This document shows, one piece after another, positions 19,590-29,000 of a DNA stretch of 60,553 nt. Source of the stretch: Thermoplasmata archaeon (GTDB taxonomy: Archaea > Thermoplasmatota > Thermoplasmata > Lutacidiplasmatales > UBA184); assembly GCA_022750375.1 (NCBI GenBank), contig JAKIVU010000001.1, positions 96,695-157,247 of the forward strand, in the 5' to 3' direction. Made by a program: the position numbers and the translations under genes. Numbering within the stretch: the first letter of the stretch is position 1; each line of letters begins with the position of its first letter. The notes beneath the pieces are model-generated. The model was not told the origin of the DNA and searched no databases. It worked only from the letters and a program-made list of their open reading frames with translations.

Positions 19590-21989
19590 CTATCCAGGCG
19601 GGTTCGGAGGGACCGCATCCTCGGCGGGCGCAGCGGGAACCGCGGGGGATGGAGCCATCGCCGGGGGCGGAGCCGGGTCCGGAGCGGGGGCGGGCGCGCG
19701 GGGGGTTGGGTAGGTGGGGGATGGAGGCGGGGACTCCGCAGAATCGGGTCCTCGTCCGATCAGCCAGCCGACCACGATACTGAGCGTCATGAGGACGACG
19801 TACAGGACGACATTATTGGGATAGGTCGAGAGCGGCGCGAGCGCCGGGTCGAAGCCAAGGAGGTTCACGCTGACGGTCGTCGATACGTTACCGTAGTACC
19901 CGCCGTTCGAGACCAGCGCCGTCGCCACGGCGCTCGACCCCAGGTAGCAGTACGGGACGGTGATCGACGCGAGAGCCGTTCCGGACCCGTTGGACACGGG
20001 GCCGGCCAACCCAAACACTCCCGAACAGGGCCCCCCGATCCCGGCGGAGGAGAGCGAGACGACGATCGATACCCCGGGGATGGCGGCCCCGCTAGTCGAG
20101 TTCGCGATCGTGACGAGGATCGACACTTGCCCACCCGGTGCGACGGGAGACGGCGAGGCGCCGATCGAAAGATTCACAAAGCTCGAAACGAGGTGTTCGT
20201 AGAGGTAGACGCCGATGGGGGATCCCCAGCCCGTCGCCGTGTCCCAGCCCGGACCCGCGGCCCCGAGGCAGTTCGAGCCGGAGTTGACGTCGTTCAACGG
20301 GTAGTCCTTCGTGGAGCTGTTGGCCGCCAGAGCGTAGATCGCCGGGGTCAGGAATCCGAAGTTGTCGCCGCGCAGGGCGTCCATCTCGGTCACCATCCCG
20401 GCCCAGAGGGGAGTGGCGAAGCTCGTTCCTCCTCCGGCGTCCTCCTGGCCGTTGAAGTAGATGAAATTGTAGTCCGCGGTCGCTGCCACATCGGGACCGC
20501 CCCGGTGGCCGTTCGCCTCGATGGGCGCTTTCGCGCTTCCGACCTCCTGCCACGACGGGGCACCGAACTGCGTAGAGAACCCGCCTCCGCTCTCGGGCCA
20601 GGCCGACTCACTGAATCCGGTGAGCGCCCCGAGGACGCTTCGTTGGAGCGTTACGCTGGTGCCGCCCACGGCGACCACTTGCGGGGATGCCGACGGATAC
20701 TGGGCCTGCGCTCCCCCGGTACAACCGGCCGTCGCGTCGCCGCCCGTGTCCCCGGTCGCCGCGAAGAGGCTGATCTTTTCGTGGGCCGCGACCGCGAAAT
20801 CCGTCTCGAATCCGTCGGTGAGGGTCATGTCCGCGCCGTCCGCGGAACCGAACGACATCGAGATCGCCGCGACGTTCGGGATGCGCGCCGGGTCGACCGC
20901 CATGTTCAACGCGTCGATCATCGACGTATCGCTCGGGGAGTAGGAGTCCATGGCCGGCCCGGCGGGGGCATAGACCGCGTCGAGCGTGGCGCCGGGGGCC
21001 ATCGACCCTGACCATTCGATGTCGAGCGTGAGCTCTCGAGAACCGTTGCTCGGGTCGTTGACCGCGTTCGCGGACGGCGCCGAAGCGCCATCGACCGGGT
21101 ATGCCACGACGTTGGGCGAGGGAAAACCCGAAGGGTAGTCCTGAGCAAAGAACGTCTGAATGTCGTTCGGCGCGTAGCCAAGACCCCACAGGAGCAACAC
21201 GATGCCTTTGCCCGAAGCGTAGGTCGGCGAAGGGGTGAGGTTGTAGAGTCCCGAAACATCGTAGATGTCGCGAGCGATCGATGGGGTGACGAGGTTGGCC
21301 GGGTTCTGGGCCGGTCCGTTGACCGTGGGCGAGATCTCGGGCAATTCGGGCAGCGAGAACTGGTCGAAGCCACTTGCGAGGCCGGTCACCGATTGGACCT
21401 CGGCCTCCAGGTTCGGGGGAAGCGAGGGCGCGGCGGCGGGGAAGCTCACGGAACGTCCGTCGTAGGTTCCGGAGAGTATCGAGGTGCCGAAAGCTCGGTC
21501 GACGGCCGCGGGGGTCCCGCTCAGACCGAGGGAGAGCCGGTCGGGCCAGGCGTGAGAGACCACGAGTCCGTTCGATTCGAAGTACTGCTCGGCAGAAGCG
21601 TACTCCGCGGTCGATAGCCCGTACTCATCCGCGATCTCCGTGACGGTCATCGGCGCGGCGTTCCCGCTTGGCGCGTCGTAGAACGTTGCGTTCGAGGGCG
21701 TGAAGGTAACTTCGAGGTTCTGAAGGTTCGAGGCCGGAAGAAGGCCCTCGGCATCGCGGGCGACCGCGGGGGAGAAACCGGCGCGCTCGGCGAAGCTCAC
21801 TGTGCCGAGGGCATCCGGGGTGATCACCGTCATAGGACCCGTCGACCGTGCGGCGGCCGGCGCCAGCGCGCCGGCCGGCAAGATCATCACGGCGGCGAGG
21901 AGAAGAACGAGGAGCAGCCCCGGCGCCGCGTGCGGTCGCCGACGCCGTCCGGGGAGAGGGGGCCCCACGACAATGGGAGGCTCGCTCAC
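19590..21989 (-). CDS. Membrane-anchored S53 (sedolisin/kumamolisin) serine-carboxyl peptidase with prodomain
   Basis: Signal peptide, pro-kumamolisin domain, ELTLDIEW (E-x3-D), AATGD, GGTSFATP, GWDTATGWGSP, C-terminal TM and Pro-rich tail. Start GTG 21989. Confidence 0.9.
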   Translation of the reverse strand: MSEPPIVVGPPLPGRRRRPHAAPGLLLVLLLAAVMILPAGALAPAAARSTGPMTVITPDALGTVSFAERAGFSPAVARDAEGLLPASNLQNLEVTFTPSNATFYDAPSGNAAPMTVTEIADEYGLSTAEYASAEQYFESNGLVVSHAWPDRLSLGLSGTPAAVDRAFGTSILSGTYDGRSVSFPAAAPSLPPNLEAEVQSVTGLASGFDQFSLPELPEISPTVNGPAQNPANLVTPSIARDIYDVSGLYNLTPSPTYASGKGIVLLLWGLGYAPNDIQTFFAQDYPSGFPSPNVVAYPVDGASAPSANAVNDPSNGSRELTLDIEWSGSMAPGATLDAVYAPAGPAMDSYSPSDTSMIDALNMAVDPARIPNVAAISMSFGSADGADMTLTDGFETDFAVAAHEKISLFAATGDTGGDATAGCTGGAQAQYPSASPQVVAVGGTSVTLQRSVLGALTGFSESAWPESGGGFSTQFGAPSWQEVGSAKAPIEANGHRGGPDVAATADYNFIYFNGQEDAGGGTSFATPLWAGMVTEMDALRGDNFGFLTPAIYALAANSSTKDYPLNDVNSGSNCLGAAGPGWDTATGWGSPIGVYLYEHLVSSFVNLSIGASPSPVAPGGQVSILVTIANSTSGAAIPGVSIVVSLSSAGIGGPCSGVFGLAGPVSNGSGTALASITVPYCYLGSSAVATALVSNGGYYGNVSTTVSVNLLGFDPALAPLSTYPNNVVLYVVLMTLSIVVGWLIGRGPDSAESPPPSPTYPTPRAPAPAPDPAPPPAMAPSPAVPAAPAEDAVPPNPPG

Positions 21990-22021
21990 CGCTGAAATAG
22001 CTTCCCCCCGGGGAGGAGCGC

Positions 22022-23479
22022 TCAGCTCCGAATCGCCGCAGTGTACCCCGCGGGGAGGTGGTAGGTGCCCTCGCCCCCGAGCGGGTCCGGCCGGGGAGTA
22101 GCGATTTCGCCCCGCTTCGCCGCGAGGTAGGCGTCGATCGCCTCGGCCGCCTGCGTCGCGGTTCCCATCGCGTAGACGACCGACCGGCCGCCCGCGGAGA
22201 AGATTCCCGGCACGGCCGTCTCGAACCCCTTTCCCTTCCCCTCGGGCCAGCCCTGGTTGGTGATCTTGAGGTCGAGCTCGGGACCGAACCCGAGCAGGTC
22301 GGCCTTCTGGCCGACCGCGACGATCACCGTGTCGCACGGGATCGTCTCTTCGGAGCCCGGGACCGGCGTGGGACTCCGTCGTCCACCGGCGTCGGGGGGT
22401 CCGAGCTCGATCGATTGGACGACCAGCCCTTCGACGTGGCCGTTCCCCACGATCCGGACCGGGGCTTTCTGGAACAGGAAGCGGATCCCTTCGTGTTCCG
22501 CGCCGCGGACCTCCTCGGGATCGGCGGGCATCTCCTCGCGTCCGCGCCGGTAGACGAGGGTGACCCGGCCCCCGTTCGACTTACGCAGCGCGCTGCGCAC
22601 CGAGTCCATGGCGACGTCCCCGCCTCCGACGACGACGATCTCCTTCCCGACGGTGACCGGGCGGTCGTGGTTGATCTCCTTCAGGAACGAGAGAGCGTGG
22701 ACCACGCCCTCCATCTCCTCTCCGGGAACGTTCAAGGTCCGGTGGGTGGAGGTTCCGATCGAAACGAACACCGCCTGGTAGCCGTCCTTGAGCAGTTGCT
22801 CGACCGGGAGGTCCTTTCCTACCTTCGTCGCGGTGACGAACGTGACGTCGAGGTCCCGGAACCGTGCCCGGTCCGTGAGGACATCCGCGTCGGTCATTCG
22901 GTACGCAGGAATCGTCTGCATCAGTCCCCCGAGCCGGTCTTCCTGCTCGTAGACCGTGACGGAGTAGCCCCGCACGCCCAGCTCCCACGCCGCCATCATC
23001 CCGGCCGGACCTGCACCGACCACGGCCACGCGTTGGTTCTTCGGCTTCGAGGCAACGTAGGCGAGGTCGCTCTGGCCGTAGTCGAGGGCGACCCGCTTCA
23101 GGTGCCGGATCGCGATCGGGACGCCTTTCTTCTTCACGACGCAGGCGTCCTCACAGTAGTGGTAGCAAACCTTGCAGAGACTCGTGGAGAGCGGGTTCTC
23201 TCGGAGGGTCACCTTCGCGGCCCCGTCGAAATCCTCGACGGCGATCAGCCGGATGTACTCCCGGGCGTCCTGGGAGATGGGGCACGCCTCGATGCACCAG
23301 GGACGGCGACACTGGATGCACCGCTTCGCCTCCAGGACGGCGTCCTCCTTCGAGTAGGCGTGAAGGACCTCGCGGAAATCCGTCGTCCGGTCGGGGACCG
23401 GCTCTTCCACGATCGGGACCCGTACCGGGTTCAGTTTCGGAGGGGTCGGCCTCGGTGCGACGGGCGCCTCTGCGGACAT
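22022..23479 (-). CDS. GltD/SudA/NfnB-like Fe-S flavoprotein (NAD(P)-dependent oxidoreductase)
   Basis: EAKRCIQC..P.C...CP, CKVC...CEDAC, VVGAGPAG, VVGGGDVAMD, YRR...EMPA. Start ATG 23479. Confidence 0.88.
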   Translation of the reverse strand: MSAEAPVAPRPTPPKLNPVRVPIVEEPVPDRTTDFREVLHAYSKEDAVLEAKRCIQCRRPWCIEACPISQDAREYIRLIAVEDFDGAAKVTLRENPLSTSLCKVCYHYCEDACVVKKKGVPIAIRHLKRVALDYGQSDLAYVASKPKNQRVAVVGAGPAGMMAAWELGVRGYSVTVYEQEDRLGGLMQTIPAYRMTDADVLTDRARFRDLDVTFVTATKVGKDLPVEQLLKDGYQAVFVSIGTSTHRTLNVPGEEMEGVVHALSFLKEINHDRPVTVGKEIVVVGGGDVAMDSVRSALRKSNGGRVTLVYRRGREEMPADPEEVRGAEHEGIRFLFQKAPVRIVGNGHVEGLVVQSIELGPPDAGGRRSPTPVPGSEETIPCDTVIVAVGQKADLLGFGPELDLKITNQGWPEGKGKGFETAVPGIFSAGGRSVVYAMGTATQAAEAIDAYLAAKRGEIATPRPDPLGGEGTYHLPAGYTAAIRS

Positions 23480-23630
23480 AGAACCACCGAAAGAAGCCCC
23501 TACGATTCTTAAGAGCGTTCCGCGCCCCACGCAAGGACACGACGGGGAATCGGTCGCCTCCGCGGCCCCGGCACCCAAAGCTATAGGGGGACCCCTCGTC
23601 CCTACGAACATCCCGGAAGGGAGTGCGACC

Positions 23631-24971
23631 ATGGTCCTGGATTCCCTGGGAAAGTCCCTCCGCAGCGTCCTCCAGAAGATCGCGCGCGGGTCGACCGTCG
23701 ACGAGGCACTCCTCGCCGAGGTCGTCCGCGACATCCAACGCGCGCTGCTCCAGGCCGACGTGAACGTCCAGCTGACCCTCGACCTTACCCAGCGGGTGCG
23801 ACGCCGCGCGACCGAGGAGAAGCCGCCGGCGGGCGCCAGTCTACGGGACTTCTTGATCCGCATCATCTACGAGGAAATCCGGGGGATCCTCGGAAAGGAG
23901 GGGGTGTTCGAGCTCAAACCGAAGAAGATCCTCCTCGCGGGCCTATTCGGCCAAGGGAAGACGACGACCGCCGGCAAGCTCGCCCGCTACTTCCAGAAGA
24001 AGGGAGTACGGGTCGGGCTCGTCGCCGCCGATGTCCACCGCCCGGCCGCGATCGACCAACTCGAACAGCTCGCCAAGAAGGTCGGCGCCGAGTTCTACGC
24101 GAACCGCGCCGAAGCGAAGGCCGAGGTCGTCGTCCGCGAGGCGCTCGCCAAGTTCCCGCCGCACCTCGCCGTCATCGTGGACACGGCCGGAAGGAGCGGG
24201 ATCGACGCGCAGCTGATCGCCGAGCTCCAGCGGGTCCGCACGACCCTCGCACCCGACGATACGATCCTCGTCCTCGACGCCGCGATGGGTCAGAGCGCTG
24301 GGCGGAGCGCGGAGGCGTTCCACAAGGCGGTCGGTCTCACCGGGGTCATCCTGACGAAGCTCGACGGCTCCGCGAAAGGGGGCGGCGCACTCTCGGCGGT
24401 CGCCGTCAGCGGTGCGCCGATCCTCTTCATCGGGACGGGCGAGCACTTGGACGAGCTCGAACGGTTCGAACCGACCCGATTCGTCTCTCGGCTCCTCGGC
24501 ATGGGGGATATCCAGACGCTCCTCGAACGGTTCGAGGAGCTGACGGACAAGGAGGCCGCCGAGACCGCCGCCAAGAACCTGATGGGCGGGAAGTTCACCC
24601 TCCGGGACATGAGGGCCCAGCTCGCCTCGCTCGGCGAGATGGGCCCGTTCTCGAAGCTCATGTCGATGGTGCCGGGGCTTGGAGGCGGCAAGGTCGACGA
24701 GAAGCAGCTGGACGCGACCCAGGTCCGCCTCCAACAGTTCCGCACGATCCTCGATTCGATGACCCCCCAGGAGCTCGACGAACCCGCCCTCCTCAAGTCG
24801 GAGCGGATCCACCGGATCGCGCGCGGCAGCGGGCGCAAACCGCAGGAAGTTCGCGCGCTCCTGAAGCACTACGAGACGACTCGGAAGGCGGCGCACGGGC
24901 TGGCATCGAACCGTCGACTGCGACGCCAGCTGGAGAAGCAGTTCGCCGCCGGCGAAGCCCCGACGGAGTGA
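23631..24971 (+). CDS. srp54: Signal recognition particle protein SRP54
   Basis: ALLQADVN, GLFGQGKTTT, DTAGR, TKLDGSAKGGGALS, M domain RIARGSG. Confidence 0.97.
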   Translation: MVLDSLGKSLRSVLQKIARGSTVDEALLAEVVRDIQRALLQADVNVQLTLDLTQRVRRRATEEKPPAGASLRDFLIRIIYEEIRGILGKEGVFELKPKKILLAGLFGQGKTTTAGKLARYFQKKGVRVGLVAADVHRPAAIDQLEQLAKKVGAEFYANRAEAKAEVVVREALAKFPPHLAVIVDTAGRSGIDAQLIAELQRVRTTLAPDDTILVLDAAMGQSAGRSAEAFHKAVGLTGVILTKLDGSAKGGGALSAVAVSGAPILFIGTGEHLDELERFEPTRFVSRLLGMGDIQTLLERFEELTDKEAAETAAKNLMGGKFTLRDMRAQLASLGEMGPFSKLMSMVPGLGGGKVDEKQLDATQVRLQQFRTILDSMTPQELDEPALLKSERIHRIARGSGRKPQEVRALLKHYETTRKAAHGLASNRRLRRQLEKQFAAGEAPTE

Positions 24972-24986
24972 GGGGCGCACCGTCCG

Positions 24987-25529
24987 ATGGTGGGCGCGAA
25001 TCTCGCGGAGGAGGCCGCAGGACTCCTGCTGGTCTTCTTCGTGCCGGGATACACTCTCACGAAGGCGACGTTCCCCGAATGGCGGCTCCGCGGCTCCGAC
25101 GCGCTGCTGCGGCTCCTGGAGACCGTCACACTGGCGCTCGTGCTGAGCGTCGTGCTGACCCTCCTTGTGGGCTACGCCCTGCTCGCCGCCGCCCCGGGAG
25201 GGTTCCAAGCATACTGGTCTGACCCACTGCTCGAGGCGTGCCTCGCGGGGATCGCCGCGGTCGGGTTCGTTTTCGGCTGGGTTCGAGGCGCCTACCGTAA
25301 ACAGCCCCCACCGCCCGCGGCGTCCGAGGGCGAATCGGGCGAGGACGGAGCGTGGGAGCTTACCCGGGAGCTCGAACGTCTCGGCCGGGAGGAACGGCGA
25401 CTCAGTCACCTGCTCCGCACCCTAGGCAACGACCCGGCCGCGACCGGGCAGTTCCGGGAGGAGCTCGACCACGTGCGGTCGATGCGGGCAGAGCTTCAGG
25501 AGCGACGGGAGGCCGAGTATGGGACGTAG
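24987..25529 (+). CDS. DUF1616-like membrane protein with C-terminal coiled coil
   Basis: LLVFFVPGY.L..A.FP...LE...L...LS motif, three TM segments, charged helical tail. Confidence 0.7.
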   Translation: MVGANLAEEAAGLLLVFFVPGYTLTKATFPEWRLRGSDALLRLLETVTLALVLSVVLTLLVGYALLAAAPGGFQAYWSDPLLEACLAGIAAVGFVFGWVRGAYRKQPPPPAASEGESGEDGAWELTRELERLGREERRLSHLLRTLGNDPAATGQFREELDHVRSMRAELQERREAEYGT

Positions 25530-25896
25530 GGGCTCCGCTCCCGGGGGCTACAAGATGGTACTCGTCCTTCGGGGCGAGCTCCGCCTAACGGCCGGGAAGG
25601 CTGCGGTCCAAGCCGCCCACGCCGCGGTGATGCTCACCCTCGCCGCGGAGAAACGCGACGCGTCGGCGTTCGACGCGTGGCAGGCCGGGGGCCAGAAGAA
25701 GATCGCCCTCGTGGTTCCCACGCTCAGCGACCTCGAGTCCCTCGAGCGAACGGCCCGGGGTAAGAAGATCCCGACGGTCTGGGTCGAGGACGCCGGTCTG
25801 ACCGAAGTCGCCCCCGGGACGCGGACCTGTCTTGGTCTCGGACCCGCTCCCGCCTCGGAGGTCGACGCGATCACTGGGGAACTACCGCTGCTCTGA
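25519..25896 (+). CDS. pth2: Peptidyl-tRNA hydrolase Pth2
   Basis: YKMVLVLR, GKAAVQAAHA, GQKKIAL, DAGLTEVAPGT.TCLGLGP. Confidence 0.94.
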   Translation: MGRRGSAPGGYKMVLVLRGELRLTAGKAAVQAAHAAVMLTLAAEKRDASAFDAWQAGGQKKIALVVPTLSDLESLERTARGKKIPTVWVEDAGLTEVAPGTRTCLGLGPAPASEVDAITGELPLL

Positions 25897-26014
25897 ATCC
25901 ACGGCTATCCCTTGCGCCCCGAGTCCGGCCCCCCGGGACCGAGAGTGACGGAGTCGGGGGGTCCGCGACAACCCCGGCAGGACTCTCTAGCCTACGACGG
26001 CGTTCCTGATTCTC

Positions 26015-26059
26015 GAAAAGAAAGAGGGAGGAAAGGGTTCGACTGAGCAGTGCCTGCTC
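26015..26059 (-). terminator. Putative terminator of the binding-protein gene
   Basis: Hairpin GAGCAG-tgc-CTGCTC (26045-26059) followed on the minus strand by a pyrimidine/U-rich run (26015-26037), just after the stop at 26063. Confidence 0.5.
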
Positions 26060-26062
26060 GGC

Positions 26063-29000
26063 TCAGCTCGACGGCGGAGAGGAACCTTCGTTCGACTCCG
26101 TGGTGGGCTTGTCGCCAGACTCCCACGACTGGGGCGGGGCGGCCGACGGGGGCTCCCGGCCGCGCCAGTAGAGCGCGAGCGCCAGGAAGATTACCGCCAG
26201 CACGGCAAACAGACCGATCAGCGCGTAGGCGAGGGTGCTGAACCCGGTCGTCGTGGTCGTGCTCCCACCACCGGTGACCTGGGTGAATCCGATGCTCACC
26301 GTCTGGTTCGCTCCGTTGACGGTCACCGTGCCGCCGCTCGGCGATGCCACCCATCCGCTCGGCGCCGTGATCGCGTAGGTCCACGGCCCGTTCGTGGTCG
26401 TGAAGCTGACCGAGTCCGCGGTTCCCGTAATCGGGGTCTGACTACCGAAGTAGACCGTCCAAGTCGCACCCGTGGGGAGGGTGCTCGTCGTGAAGGTCAC
26501 CGTGTAGGTAGGCAACACCGGTCCGTAGATGATGACCTGCGTGGCCGGGCCCGCCGCGACGATCACGTTACCGGAGCCAGGAGTCGCAGTGTAACCCGCG
26601 ATCGCCGGCACCGTGAACGCGTACGTCCCGTTGGGGAGCTGGACCGAGGTGAAGTAGTTCGAAGTCGGGGTCGTCGCTACTCCGTTCACGGTCACAGACC
26701 ACATGACACCCGCCGCCAGACCACCCTCGAAGAACGTCACCGCGTAGGTGAAGGGCACGAAGACGACCTTCACTGTCGCCGCAGTGCCGTTGAGGACTTC
26801 GCTTCCGGTCCACGTGGTGGTCCATCCGCCGATGGTCGCCACGGCCCAGCTGTACGTCCCGTTCGGCAGCTGGAACGAGATCGTAGTCCCGTTGCTCAGA
26901 ATCCCGAACCCGTTCACCGTCACGCTCCACGGGGTGTTTGCTGGGAGCCCCGATTGCACGAAGTTCAGCGCGAACCCGTTGAGCGGCGTTGTCATCGGAA
27001 TCGCGACTACTACGTTCGCTCCCGCGACCGTGACCTGGCCGGCGTTGGCCGGAGCGCTCAGACCCGCGGGCACGCTCAGCGTGAAGTCGTACGTGTTGTT
27101 CTCCTCGTAGAACGTGATGTTCGCCGCCGTCGACGTCAGCGTGAACCCATCGAGACTGACCGTCCACGAGTCGCTGGGCGGGAGGCCCGTTGACGCGAAG
27201 GTGACGGCGTACGTCGTCAGGATCACACCGGTGTAGGTGACGTTCACGTTCACCGCGAGGAGGCCCGTGAAGGCCGCCGTGGTGCCCGGTCCGCTGTCCG
27301 TGTAGCCGATCACGACCTGGGGTGCGTAGGCCCATCCCGACACGTTAGCGGGTAACGTGAACGGAATCGCCGGCATCTGGCTCGTGAGCGCGCCCACGTT
27401 CTGAACGACCATGGTCCAGGACGTGTTCGATACGAGACCCGCCTCCGTGAACGTCAGCGTGTCGGTGGGTCCGCTGAACGCCGCGAAGGTGATCGCGATC
27501 GTGTCGTTCGCTCCCGAGATGACCGCGGTTCCGTTGCTCGGAGACGCCCCGTACCCGCTCACGAACCCGACCGTGTAGGTGTACGAGCCGTTGGCGAGCC
27601 CGGTGAAGTTCACGTAGTCGTTGGTGGACGCCACTCCGGTCGAGGAGAGCGTCTTCCCATCGAGTGTCGCCGACCAGACCGTGGTTCCCGGCAGAGTCGT
27701 CTGCTTGAGGTCCACGTTGAACACGTTCGTCTCGTAGGCCCACGTGTACCAGGTCTGGACACCGCCTCCGCCGACCGAGGGGTTGACGTTGATGCCCGTC
27801 GGGGCGATCCACGTTCCGTAGTCGACGACCAAGGTCGAGGTGTACGCATAGACCTCGAACGCGAGCAGGTTACCCACGTGCTCAATCATGTTGTATTCGA
27901 GCACCCGGAAGGTGATGTTCGACTCGTGCGCCGCGAGCGCGTTCCACGTCACCAGCGCCGAGTACGCGATCCCCTGGCATTCGGAGAGGATCGAGGTCTG
28001 CCCGGCCCAGTAGGCGAGGTCCGCGAACGAGCCGGAGGCGTGACCGCACGCGGCGACGTTGTTGTAGGCCGGCTCGGCGAAGGTCGAGTAGAGCCCCTGG
28101 GCATACGAGAACGTCCCGTTCGGTAGCCAGAACGGCACCATGTAGTCGGTGGGGTCGGCGTAGTCTGGAACCCAGCCCCAGTTGTAGACGGGCAGGCTGC
28201 CCGCCCCGTTCCCGAGACCGACCTGGCCGTACAGCTCACTGCCTGTGATGTCGAAATAGTACATCACGATCGCGCCGTCGGTCAGCGACTTAACGGACGC
28301 AATCCAAGCCGACATCGCCGCATCGAGCGAGGGCGCGCCGACCCAGCCCTGGATGGCGAACGTGCAGGGCGTGGAGGGAGTGCACGCGGAGAGTTCCGAG
28401 TCATACCACGGACTGCCCGAGTTGGTGATGTTCTGCCACCAGGATGCAGCGCCGCCCGCGATCGCCGGGTTGGTGATCGGGTCGCCCGCGGGCCAGGAGA
28501 TGTTCGTGGGGTAGTAGAACGACTGCGCCGGGGGGATCGCCCCGCCGTAGTTCTCCGCATACTTGACCCCGTCCACGGTCCAGATAGTGTTCTCGATCGT
28601 GTTGTACGGATAGGCGTGCACCAGGAACTGCCGCAGCCCGTTGTTCGACAAGAAGTCGCCCGGCACGTTGGTCGCGCCGGCCCCGTTGGGGTCGATCGCG
28701 GCCTCGTTGGTCGTGTTGAACGTCAGCTCGAACATCATGTTCCAGTTGTCCCCCGTCACGATGTTCTGCATCAGTCCGTACACACCCTCGTGCACGAGGT
28801 CGAGGACGGTGGAGGTGTGGCTCTCGTCGTATCCGAAGCCATCCGCCTGTCCTGCGATCGCTTCCTGCAGGCCCAGCGTGTCGTCATTGTCCCAGTAGAC
28901 GACCACGTTGGGAATGTAGTTTCCCGGCGCGGGCAGGCAGTTGGGCTGCCCCGCGCAGCCGGCGGGTGCCACGTAGGTGGGGTCCGCGGCGAGCGTGTAA

